Position numbers and translations under genes: made by a program. Under the pieces are notes generated by a model. That model saw nothing but the letters and a program-made list of their open reading frames with translations. It made no database searches and was not told the origin of the DNA. Shown in pieces: positions 36,920-44,134 of a DNA stretch of 44,134 nucleotides (positions within the stretch are counted from its first letter, which is position 1; the number at the start of each line of letters is the position of its first letter). The DNA comes from an uncultured Gammaproteobacteria bacterium (GTDB lineage: Bacteria; Pseudomonadota; Gammaproteobacteria; CAWJPQ01): the NCBI GenBank assembly GCA_964463055.1, contig CAYXAX010000003.1, positions 1 to 44,134 of the forward strand, written 5' to 3'.

Positions 36920-38662
36920 ATGATCAAACAACTGCATTACAAGCATGCTGCGCCGCGCCGCATGCTGTTGTCTATCGCCATCACACTGTGCATGTGTTTG
37001 ACTATGCCGCCGGCAGGCGCCACGGGCGCCGCCCCGCCGGCTGCCGCCATTGCCACAGCCCACCCCTTGGCCACCGCGGCTGGCAAAGAGATACTCACCG
37101 CCGGTGGCAACGCCTTCGACGCCGCGGTGGCTGTCACCGCGGCCCTGGCGGTGGTGGAACCCATGAGTTCCGGCCTCGGCGGTGGCGGATTCTGGCTGCT
37201 GCACACCGCCGACGACAACCGCAACACCATGATCGACGGACGTGAACGCGCACCACTGTCCGCGTCCCGTGACATGTATCTGGATAAGCACGGCGACGTC
37301 GTCCCCGGCCTGTCCATCAATGGCCCCCTGGCCGCCGGCATACCGGGCGTCCCCGCCGCCATGGTCTACCTGGCTCAACACTACGGAAAGCTGCCATTGG
37401 CGCGTTCCCTGGCCCCGGCCATCAACTATGCACGCCAGGGTTTCGCAGTGACCGAACACTACCGCGCCCTGGCACGCTTTCGCCTCGATGTACTGCGCCG
37501 ATCGCCTGCCGCCGCCGCAACGTTCCTGGTCAACAATGACGTGCCGCCGCGGGGGACAATCATCAGGCAACCGGACCTTGCCGCCACCCTGCAGGCCATC
37601 GCCAAGCAGGGAGAAAAGGGCTTTTACGCCGGCAGTGTTGCACGGCGCATGGTGGACAGCGTGCGTGCGGCCGGCGGCGTATGGCAAATGCAAGATCTGG
37701 AGAAATACACGGTGGTGGAGCGCAAACCCATCGAAGGCCGCTATCGTGGGACGCGCATCATCGCGGCGGCCCCGCCGTCTTCCGGTGGCATCGCCCTGGT
37801 GACCATGCTCAACATACTCAGCGGTTACGACCTCGATAACATGGACGACGTGACCCGCAAGCACCTCATCATCGAAGCCATGCGTCGCGCCTACCGCGAC
37901 CGTGCCGAATATCTGGGTGACCCTGATTTCGTCACTATACCGGTCAAACGCCTCACGCATCCTTACTACGCCGCCGGCCTGCGCAACTCCATCCGCCTGG
38001 ACCGAGCCACTCCCAGCGCCTCACTGCCGGGGATCAGCGAACATCCCGAAGGCGACAATACCACCCATTTCAGTATCCTGGATCAACAAGGCAACCGGGT
38101 GGCGGCCACCCTCTCGATTAACTACCCCTTCGGCTCAGGCTTCATTGCCCCGGACACGGGGGTGCTGCTCAACGATGAGATGGATGACTTCTCCGCCAAA
38201 CCGGGCACACCCAACGTATATGGTCTGGTGGGCGCCGAGGCCAACGCCATCGCACCGGGCAAGCGGCCGCTGTCCAGCATGACGCCAACGTTCCTGGAGG
38301 GTGAGCACGGGGTGGCCCTGCTGGGCACGCCCGGAGGCAGCCGCATTATCACCATGGTGCTGCTTGCCACCCTGGATTATATGCAAGGTCACCCCCCCGA
38401 GGACTGGGTCAAGCTACCGCGCTTTCACCATCAATATCTGCCGGACGAGGTCCAGTTCGAACCCGGCGCCTTCACCGAACGGGAACAACGGCAATTGAGG
38501 GCCATGGGCCATACACTCAAACCGCTGAGTCGCCGCTACGGCAACATGCAGGCCATCCTGTGGCAAGTCGATCACAACAAGGTGATGGCCGCCAGCGATC
38601 CCCGCGGCGATGGCAAGGCCGTGGTGGTGGACGTGACAAAGTCCATGACGGCAACCCAGTAA
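36920..38662 (+). CDS. ggt: Gamma-glutamyltransferase
   Basis: 580 aa with a signal-like N-terminus. The autoprocessing threonine context is GDNTTHFSI, and downstream Ntn-hydrolase GGS/PGG motifs are present. Confidence 0.88.
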   Translation: MIKQLHYKHAAPRRMLLSIAITLCMCLTMPPAGATGAAPPAAAIATAHPLATAAGKEILTAGGNAFDAAVAVTAALAVVEPMSSGLGGGGFWLLHTADDNRNTMIDGRERAPLSASRDMYLDKHGDVVPGLSINGPLAAGIPGVPAAMVYLAQHYGKLPLARSLAPAINYARQGFAVTEHYRALARFRLDVLRRSPAAAATFLVNNDVPPRGTIIRQPDLAATLQAIAKQGEKGFYAGSVARRMVDSVRAAGGVWQMQDLEKYTVVERKPIEGRYRGTRIIAAAPPSSGGIALVTMLNILSGYDLDNMDDVTRKHLIIEAMRRAYRDRAEYLGDPDFVTIPVKRLTHPYYAAGLRNSIRLDRATPSASLPGISEHPEGDNTTHFSILDQQGNRVAATLSINYPFGSGFIAPDTGVLLNDEMDDFSAKPGTPNVYGLVGAEANAIAPGKRPLSSMTPTFLEGEHGVALLGTPGGSRIITMVLLATLDYMQGHPPEDWVKLPRFHHQYLPDEVQFEPGAFTEREQRQLRAMGHTLKPLSRRYGNMQAILWQVDHNKVMAASDPRGDGKAVVVDVTKSMTATQ

Positions 38663-38688
38663 GGCCCGGGATTATATCCCGGGCCTTA
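38660..38688 (+). terminator. Hairpin overlapping the ggt stop codon
   Basis: TAAGGCCCGGGA-TTATA-TCCCGGGCCTTA, a 12-bp perfect stem. No T-run follows, so intrinsic termination is uncertain. Confidence 0.45.
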
Positions 38689-38829
38689 CTGGAGTTCCGG
38701 GTTGCGGGTTATATAAACAGCCGCTGTTGGTGGCCGTATCGTGTACCGGAACTCGAAACACACAGCTGTTTGGTGTAGACTTCGTTTGTTTTGGCGTTCG
38801 GATAATAATCAGGAGAAGCCGCGGTCATT

Positions 38830-39432
38830 ATGGCGGCCACACGCCCGACGGCGGACAGCGGTGTCTCGAGCCTTACCGTACCCGCCGGGTTGACGTTGAC
38901 ATTTCTGACTTTGCAGCACCACATGGAACAATCACAGCATCGCTACATCCTAAAATTTTTGATCGGCTCCGCGTTATTTTTCTTTGTCGGGACGATACAG
39001 GGCGTGCTGCAGGTATTGCCGCCCATCCGCGCCTGGCTCGACTCCATCGGCAGCCCCATGGCGGGACCCGGACACATGATCGATCCCCTGGCCCATGCCC
39101 ATATCAACGTGGTGGGCGGGGTGGTGGTCATGGCCATGGGACTCAGTTATTATCTGTTCCCCACCATTTCGGGCAAGCCCATACACTCCGTGCGCCTGGC
39201 CAATCACTCCTTCTGGTGGATATCCACCGGGGTATGCCTGTTCTACATCACACTGCTGGTTTTCGGCACCATCGAAGGTAATCTGTTACTCCACGACCCT
39301 GCCTCCGTCCCCGCTGTCCATCACTACTATGCCCCGGTCCTGAGTGTCGCCTCCACCGTCATGGGCATGGGGTTCTGGATCTTCGTCGCCAATATCCTGC
39401 TCACCGTCAGAGATATTTACAAAAAACCATGA
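38830..39432 (+). CDS. Four-helix membrane protein resembling the N-terminal helices of heme-copper oxidase subunit I (CcoN/NorB-like fragment)
   Basis: KFLIGSALFFFVGTIQGVLQVLP ... AHAHINVVGGVVVMAMGLSYYLFP follows the helix I/II pattern of HCO subunit I, including the helix II His and YY..P. It is only 170-200 aa. Alternative start at ATG 38923 (MEQSQHRY). Confidence 0.55.
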   Translation: MAATRPTADSGVSSLTVPAGLTLTFLTLQHHMEQSQHRYILKFLIGSALFFFVGTIQGVLQVLPPIRAWLDSIGSPMAGPGHMIDPLAHAHINVVGGVVVMAMGLSYYLFPTISGKPIHSVRLANHSFWWISTGVCLFYITLLVFGTIEGNLLLHDPASVPAVHHYYAPVLSVASTVMGMGFWIFVANILLTVRDIYKKP

Positions 39433-39971
39433 CCAAGCCCTGCGGCTGCCCGGACGACTATCCTGATTGGCACAATAAGGATGTGGACCTGGGCGGACAA
39501 TGCGTCCACGTCCTGCCCATTCCAACGTTCATGCACATGCCCCTGGCCTATTCGCTGTATGCCAAACGCCAGCAGCAGATTATCGATCAACTCCAGCTAA
39601 ACGAGCGCTGGTCGGGATTCACCATGACCCGCACCGGCGTGCTGCGCGGTCGCATCATGCGACTGCTGGAGTTATCTGAATCCCCCGCACGGCGTATCGA
39701 GTATCTGCCCCGGCCGTTTCATCTGCGCGGTTACCTGCACATGGGCTCAGTGAGCAATATCCGTCTGCCGTTGCATCAAATGTCAATGGATATGCTGGAG
39801 AAGGGCCGCCGCGCCCAGGAACTCTATCTGAGTTATCTGACATGCCCCGAGTGCCGCGGCGAAAATCGACCGGATAAAATCCTGCTGCTGCGGCGCTGGA
39901 TAGAAAGCCCCGCCCTGAAAAAGCGAGCTGAAAAAGAGAGATCAAAGAGAAGAGAGAAGCAGGCCAAATAA
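39429..39971 (+). CDS. Cys-containing soluble hypothetical protein, translationally coupled to the oxidase-like fragment
   Basis: ATGA overlap with the upstream ORF. 180 aa with N-terminal PCGCPDDYPDWH, an internal Cys (GGQCVH), C-terminal CPEC and a Lys/Arg-rich tail (KKRAEKERSKRREKQAK). No family recognised. Confidence 0.6.
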   Translation: MTKPCGCPDDYPDWHNKDVDLGGQCVHVLPIPTFMHMPLAYSLYAKRQQQIIDQLQLNERWSGFTMTRTGVLRGRIMRLLELSESPARRIEYLPRPFHLRGYLHMGSVSNIRLPLHQMSMDMLEKGRRAQELYLSYLTCPECRGENRPDKILLLRRWIESPALKKRAEKERSKRREKQAK

Positions 39972-40043
39972 AGGAAAGGCTGCGCAGTTGGGCGCTTTCA
40001 ACCGACTTAATAAGTCCGGCAACCTGTCACGTGTCACCGAGTG

Positions 40044-40460
40044 TTAGCTTTGGGCACGGGTGGACTGCGGCGCTGCCAGCAGGGGAAAGCGCAGATAACC
40101 GATATCATCCCCCTCCTGAATCTGCACGTTCAATTCTTCACTGGACGGATTATGGACCGCCACGGCGCGGCGGAATACGCCCATATAACCGTCCTGAATC
40201 ATCTGCTTCCATGGGTCCGTATCATCGATGCGCACCGATACGATAAAGTCATGGGCCGGCCCACCCTTAGCGCGGGAAATAATCAAAATAAATTCGTCCA
40301 TGCCCGCGACCACCGGCGTCGGCCGACTCTGCATCTCCACCGTATAGTTCTTCCATTTCTGCGGCGGAATCTTGGCCGTGGCCTGTTCCTCACTGCATGC
40401 GCTGAGCAACAGCGCACACAGGATGCATAACCAAATCACTCTAGGGTTCATCTTTGGCAT
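40044..40460 (-). CDS. Lipoprotein, FixH/YtkA-like Ig-fold domain suspected
   Basis: Lipobox LLSAC after a hydrophobic signal, about 115-aa mature beta-rich domain. Last gene of the ccoG-like operon. Start at 40460 or 40451. Confidence 0.5.
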   Translation of the reverse strand: MPKMNPRVIWLCILCALLLSACSEEQATAKIPPQKWKNYTVEMQSRPTPVVAGMDEFILIISRAKGGPAHDFIVSVRIDDTDPWKQMIQDGYMGVFRRAVAVHNPSSEELNVQIQEGDDIGYLRFPLLAAPQSTRAQS

Positions 40461-40746
40461 ACTTCTGCAGGTAAGCGACCAACCGCCGTATTTGAGTTTC
40501 AGTCATGGGGGCAAGCGCTTTGGATATCCGATGCTGCTGCATCCTCAGTACCACATTGGGCCACTCCTCGGCCTTGTGAGTATCGGGTTGCGGCGGCGCG
40601 TGGCAATCGGAGCAAAACTGTCTCAACAATTTTTCTCCCGGCGACGACGGCTGCGGGTAGTGATTTTGATTTTCACCGACCTGCCCGCTCTCCTCGTTAC
40701 CGGTGCAGCCGATCAGCAGCATCGATGCCAGCAAGAGTCCCCTCAT
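40441..40746 (-). CDS. Lipoprotein monoheme c-type cytochrome
   Basis: Start at MRGLLLASMLLIGC (lipobox LIGC). Single CSDCH heme-binding motif and a downstream Met candidate in VVLRMQQH. The ORF-track start at 40995 overlaps the upstream gene. Confidence 0.65.
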   Translation of the reverse strand: MRGLLLASMLLIGCTGNEESGQVGENQNHYPQPSSPGEKLLRQFCSDCHAPPQPDTHKAEEWPNVVLRMQQHRISKALAPMTETQIRRLVAYLQKYAKDEP

Positions 40747-40885
40747 GGGACGCTGAAGACCCGTCGACCGCCGCCACTTCGCCCCGGGCAACAGCCCGAA
40801 TCGCTCATTTACCCAAGTGTAAACTTTGCTTTCCCGCCGATCCCCGTCTTGTCTGGCATGCGCCGATGGCCTTTTCAATCGCCTG

Positions 40886-41329
40886 TCAGCTCTTCGAATC
40901 ATCCGTCTGCTGCTGCGATTCGGCCTGCTTCTCCTGCATGGCCTGTTTTTTTTCCTTGCGTATATGGCGCAGGTCGACCATCCAATAGATGGCAAAGGCC
41001 ACCACCGTGACGTAGATAACGGCTCCGGGCAGACCCCAGTCGAACCACGAACGGTGAAAATCGGGACGGTTTCCCCAGAAGGGGAAACTGAAGCCGACTG
41101 CGATTACCAACAGCAGCACGAACAAGGCCACAAACCAGTACGGAATATGGTGCTGGGAATCGGGAATCTTCTCCACCATTTCCCAGTCTTCGAGGCCACG
41201 CTTTTCAAGACGCTCTTCCTCGCTCTGGTATCCAAAGTGATCGTCGCGCAGTTCACCCCAGCCGGGTTCGTCGACAGGCTTCGGCGTCTTGGATTGCTCG
41301 TCCGTATCAGAGACCGTGTCTTTTACCAT
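40886..41329 (-). CDS. Two-TM protein with cbb3 oxidase FixP/CcoP N-terminal-like anchor, no heme motif
   Basis: EKIPDSQHHIPYWFVALFVLLLVIAVGF resembles the FixP_N pattern (..LP.WW..F....). It has a second TM and an acidic N-tail and basic/Gln-rich C-tail. There are no Cys residues at all. Confidence 0.5.
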   Translation of the reverse strand: MVKDTVSDTDEQSKTPKPVDEPGWGELRDDHFGYQSEEERLEKRGLEDWEMVEKIPDSQHHIPYWFVALFVLLLVIAVGFSFPFWGNRPDFHRSWFDWGLPGAVIYVTVVAFAIYWMVDLRHIRKEKKQAMQEKQAESQQQTDDSKS

Positions 41330-41332
41330 GGC

Positions 41333-42667
41333 TCATGATCTGTCTTTGTTGATGGCTACGTGCTCTATGCGAAAATGACCCTGCCAGCCGCTGTCGGATT
41401 TGGCGTATATCGTCACTGGATAGATGCCGGGCGGCAGAGTATCGTCGACGTGCAGCCATACACTCTGGCGACCGGCGGTGGAGAAATCAACACGCTTCGT
41501 GGACAACGCATAAGTCCCCTTGGGCAATCCCTTCACCTGCAAACTCACCGTACCCGGACTGTACAGCTTATTGGCCACGTCGATATGGTAATCCTGTATC
41601 TGGTGACTGCGATACATTTCAGCGCGGAACGCCGACAGATTATAGGGTTGGTAACTCCATAGCCCCCAGGCAAACAGCGACACACCGATGAGGAACGCAG
41701 GGAGTACCCAGCCCACGCGCTGTGAAAGTGTTGCCAAATGCTGGCTGCTGTGCTTGTTGACGCCGGGGCGCTCGCCGAACTTGAACGTCAACAGGCCGGG
41801 CACCTGATCCTTTTCGTGGAGTGAATTGCATGCGGTGATGCAGGCGCCGCAGTTGGTACAACTGTCATAGGTAGCGGTATCCCGGGGATCGATGGTTACC
41901 GGGCACACGGTCAGGCAGAATTTGCACTTGGTGCATTCTTCGGCACGGTCGGCATCATACTCCACATGGAGGGTCTGCTTGGTCTTGAACAGGAATTGCC
42001 AGATTCGGTAAATGCACATGTAACGGCACACGTAATAACGCATCACCGACAGATTAACCAGGGTCATAAACACGAACATGGTGTAGACCCAATGCAGCGA
42101 GCCGGACAGGCGCGCGTCATGCTGGAAGGTGAGGAACGACCACACCGCACCCGGCGTGTAGAAGTACAACAGGGGTATCAGCGAAAATACCATGGAGACC
42201 CCCAGCAGCTGCGCCCCGAGAAGCGCCCAATTGAGCACTCTGTTCTTACCCTTGGAGACACGGCTCTTGCCGAAACTGTCCCAGTCGATGACCGCACGTT
42301 TTCCCAGTGTTCTCAGGGTGGTCTTGTTGGCCCAGGATGACAGGGTATTCTGCGGACAGGCCCAGCCGCAGAACGCCGTGCCGATAGTCGAGTACAGCAA
42401 CACCATGAAGCACGCCACGGACAGCCACATCCCAAACACCAGGAAAAAATCGGAAAACCAGACTTGACGTCCAAGGACCACGAACCCCGACGATACATCG
42501 ATGCGAAACAGACCGCTGATCGGAATCAGGACAAGCAGTGCAATGAACAGGGTCTGGGTGGTGATGCGCTTCCAGTGAATGTCTTTGCCGGACTTGGCTT
42601 GCAGCACCGCCCCCTGGGAGGACTCGACCACCACCGGGATCTTCTGTAACAGTTCGTCTCCACTCAT
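41333..42667 (-). CDS. CcoG/FixG-family 4Fe-4S ferredoxin-type membrane protein
   Basis: CGWACPQN after the TM helices, two cluster motifs CTKCKFCLTVCP and CTNCGACITAC, and a C-terminal Ig-like domain. Start chosen at MSGDELLQ after GAGGGGTGAG. Confidence 0.75.
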   Translation of the reverse strand: MSGDELLQKIPVVVESSQGAVLQAKSGKDIHWKRITTQTLFIALLVLIPISGLFRIDVSSGFVVLGRQVWFSDFFLVFGMWLSVACFMVLLYSTIGTAFCGWACPQNTLSSWANKTTLRTLGKRAVIDWDSFGKSRVSKGKNRVLNWALLGAQLLGVSMVFSLIPLLYFYTPGAVWSFLTFQHDARLSGSLHWVYTMFVFMTLVNLSVMRYYVCRYMCIYRIWQFLFKTKQTLHVEYDADRAEECTKCKFCLTVCPVTIDPRDTATYDSCTNCGACITACNSLHEKDQVPGLLTFKFGERPGVNKHSSQHLATLSQRVGWVLPAFLIGVSLFAWGLWSYQPYNLSAFRAEMYRSHQIQDYHIDVANKLYSPGTVSLQVKGLPKGTYALSTKRVDFSTAGRQSVWLHVDDTLPPGIYPVTIYAKSDSGWQGHFRIEHVAINKDRS

Positions 42668-43002
42668 CTGCTCACCCCTCACACGCACCGTCGCCGTCCG
42701 TGTAGACCCCCTGTCCCTGGCAAGCCTAGCGGTTGTCCCGCCATCAGCCACAATAAGTGCATGAATTTAAAGATATACCACATACTTCCAGATGCCTGAC
42801 GGGCAGGGGTTTACCCTGCGCCATCAGGTATCGCACCCATCCCCCTGCTCCCCCAGACATTATAAGGCCTAGCCCTCGCGCTATACATCCCTTCCAGCAG
42901 GTGGCGCTTGCCTTTTTCACGGCGATTTTATAACCTGAAAAGCCTATTGGGGGATATCTCCGATTACTGCAAGAGTTGCGTACACCTACAGGAGGTTCAG
43001 CG

Positions 43003-43134
43003 ATGGTTCAAAATATCGGTCTTAACATATTAGTTCCTATCGGCGTGTTTTTGTTCCTGATCATCGGCGCGGCCACCATGGCCAGCGTAGCGCTCAAAGA
43101 CGTTGTGGCCCGCAGGAAAAAACAAGTGCATTAA
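43003..43134 (+). CDS. Candidate 43-aa single-TM protein (below the ORF-track cutoff)
   Basis: GGAGG lies 7 nt upstream of the ATG. Translation is MVQNIGLNILVPIGVFLFLIIGAATMASVALKDVVARRKKQVH (hydrophobic helix, basic tail). A hairpin follows at 43218-43245. Confidence 0.4.
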   Translation: MVQNIGLNILVPIGVFLFLIIGAATMASVALKDVVARRKKQVH

Positions 43135-43217
43135 AAGCGAGAGTACAATAAATATACGTTTCGCTACCGAAGAAGTATAAATTTCATTTTCTTTCTTCAC
43201 GACCGACATGCTGAACC

Positions 43218-43245
43218 CAACCCACTGTCCAGGGACAGTGGGTTG
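43218..43245. terminator. Hairpin between the convergent small ORF and the spermidine-synthase-like gene
   Basis: CAACCCACTGTCC-AG-GGACAGTGGGTTG, a near-perfect inverted repeat just before the stop of the minus-strand gene at 43250. Confidence 0.5.
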
Positions 43246-43249
43246 TGTG

Positions 43250-44134
43250 CTAGCGTTGCATTTCGGTGTCTCCCGCACCTGACCGAAGCACCCTGTCCAG
43301 GGGGCTGACGGCCTGTATTCTGTCGCGGTACATACGGGCCTGTTGATCGTCGCCAGCCTGGGCCTCCAGATGCCATAACGCCTGCAGCGCAGGCACGTGA
43401 TCGGGCCTGATACGCAGAATGGTCTGCAGTGCCTTGCGCCGCGTCAGACCATGCGCCCCGGCCCGGGACAGAGTGGCGAACATCTGGTCTGCCAGGCTGA
43501 AACTGACCCAGCGATCACTAGGATTGCCCTCATAGGCCAGACGCAACAGGCGCTGGGCACTGCCCTCCATCCCCTCCAGACTGGCCAACCAGCTGCGTGT
43601 CGCCAGCTCCGTGGACAGATAGCTGCGCTCGAATGTCTCTTTGTCCGCGGCCGCTACCCCCAAGGCCTTCTCAGCCTGATCCACACCGGGACGCAGCTTC
43701 AGCAACATGTCGAGCACCGAGGCAGTATCCAGGTCATCCCGGTAGCGGGCCTGAGGCAGGCGGTATTCAATGTACGGCGCCCACTCATCCTCCACCGGGC
43801 CCGGCGGGACGCGGATAGCGCCCCAATAGCGCCCCAGCCAGGTCCATGGACCTTCGCCGCCGGTAATGCGTTGCTGTGTGGCCTCGGAAGTACCGTGCAT
43901 ATGACCGAGCACCGCCGTCATCGGGTCCAACGCCCCCTGCGGTCCCACCAACGCGAATCGAAACCCGTCGATGTACCCTACCGCATTGGGAAAGACGTGC
44001 TGAAACGTGCGCATCACGGCCTCCAGTGATGCCGGGTCGAACTGGTTGAGGGCCAGCCACTGGACGAAGAGGCCTCCCGGCGCGAGCCGTGCCCGGACGC
44101 GCTGAAACTGCTGCACCGACAGCAGGGCACTGCG
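43250..44134 (-). CDS. Spermidine-synthase-like protein with helical C-terminal extension, 5' end outside the window
   Basis: The frame stays open to the window edge (...SALLSVQQFQRVRARLAPGGLFVQWL, typical of the post-SAM-binding region of SpeE-like methyltransferase folds). The C-terminal ~180 aa are helical-repeat-like. Confidence 0.55.
   Translation of the reverse strand, partial: RSALLSVQQFQRVRARLAPGGLFVQWLALNQFDPASLEAVMRTFQHVFPNAVGYIDGFRFALVGPQGALDPMTAVLGHMHGTSEATQQRITGGEGPWTWLGRYWGAIRVPPGPVEDEWAPYIEYRLPQARYRDDLDTASVLDMLLKLRPGVDQAEKALGVAAADKETFERSYLSTELATRSWLASLEGMEGSAQRLLRLAYEGNPSDRWVSFSLADQMFATLSRAGAHGLTRRKALQTILRIRPDHVPALQALWHLEAQAGDDQQARMYRDRIQAVSPLDRVLRSGAGDTEMQR

Noticed and set aside
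39972-40043. Possible bidirectional terminator between the convergent oxidase-like operons
   Set aside because: Only weak structures are present (GACTTA-A-TAAGTC, and GCGC-loop-GCGC with GAAAG/CTTTC flanks). There is no convincing stem plus T-run.
40747-40995. Upstream extension of the cytochrome c ORF overlapping the FixP_N-like gene
   Set aside because: The extension is Arg-rich with no signal peptide. A canonical lipoprotein signal begins at the internal Met (40746).
43030-43278. 82-aa minus-strand ORF overlapping the 43-aa plus-strand ORF and the end of the spermidine-synthase-like gene
   Set aside because: It has no RBS, crosses the hairpin at 43218-43245 and overlaps the 3' end of a better gene. 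The plus-strand small ORF has a GGAGG and a clean TM helix.

Overview
High-GC proteobacterial chromosomal segment whose gene content and order look gammaproteobacterial. It is almost fully coding, and I saw no rRNA, CRISPR array, transposase or integrase. All family assignments come from motifs read by eye, not from alignments.

Layout:
- 3' end of an ispB-like gene, then tRNA-Pro(CGG).
- Small PP0621-like zinc-ribbon protein, pilS, pilR, a sigma-54 promoter and pilA.
- An eleven-gene glycosylation island (about 4.5-15.9 kb).
- pilB-pilC-pilD-coaE-zapD-yacG, then a Nudix/ThiE-like fusion on the minus strand.
- A small orphan locus, a YfaZ-like outer-membrane protein and comF.
- bioF-bioH-bioC-bioD.
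- rpoH, ftsX, ftsE and ftsY on the minus strand.
- Two M16 peptidases, rsmD, coaD and ggt.
- A respiratory-accessory-like cluster (about 38.8-43.1 kb).
- A partial spermidine-synthase-like gene running off the right edge.

Two regions stand out:
1. The island between pilA and pilBCD. It holds two tandem TMTC-like GT-C/TPR glycosyltransferase paralogues, two GT2 enzymes, a flippase-like protein and a CDP-hexose modification pathway (C-methylation, epimerisation, reduction and a CmcI-type methyltransferase). It sits directly after a Ser/Thr-rich pilin, so it is a candidate polyprenol-phosphate-sugar-dependent pilin O-glycosylation system.
2. A convergent pair of operons with no catalytic oxidase genes in the window. 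One encodes a four-helix fragment resembling heme-copper oxidase subunit I, translationally coupled to a Cys-rich soluble protein. The other encodes a CcoG/FixG-like ferredoxin, a heme-less FixP_N-type anchor, a lipoprotein monoheme cytochrome c and a FixH-like lipoprotein. This is my best candidate for an undescribed module.
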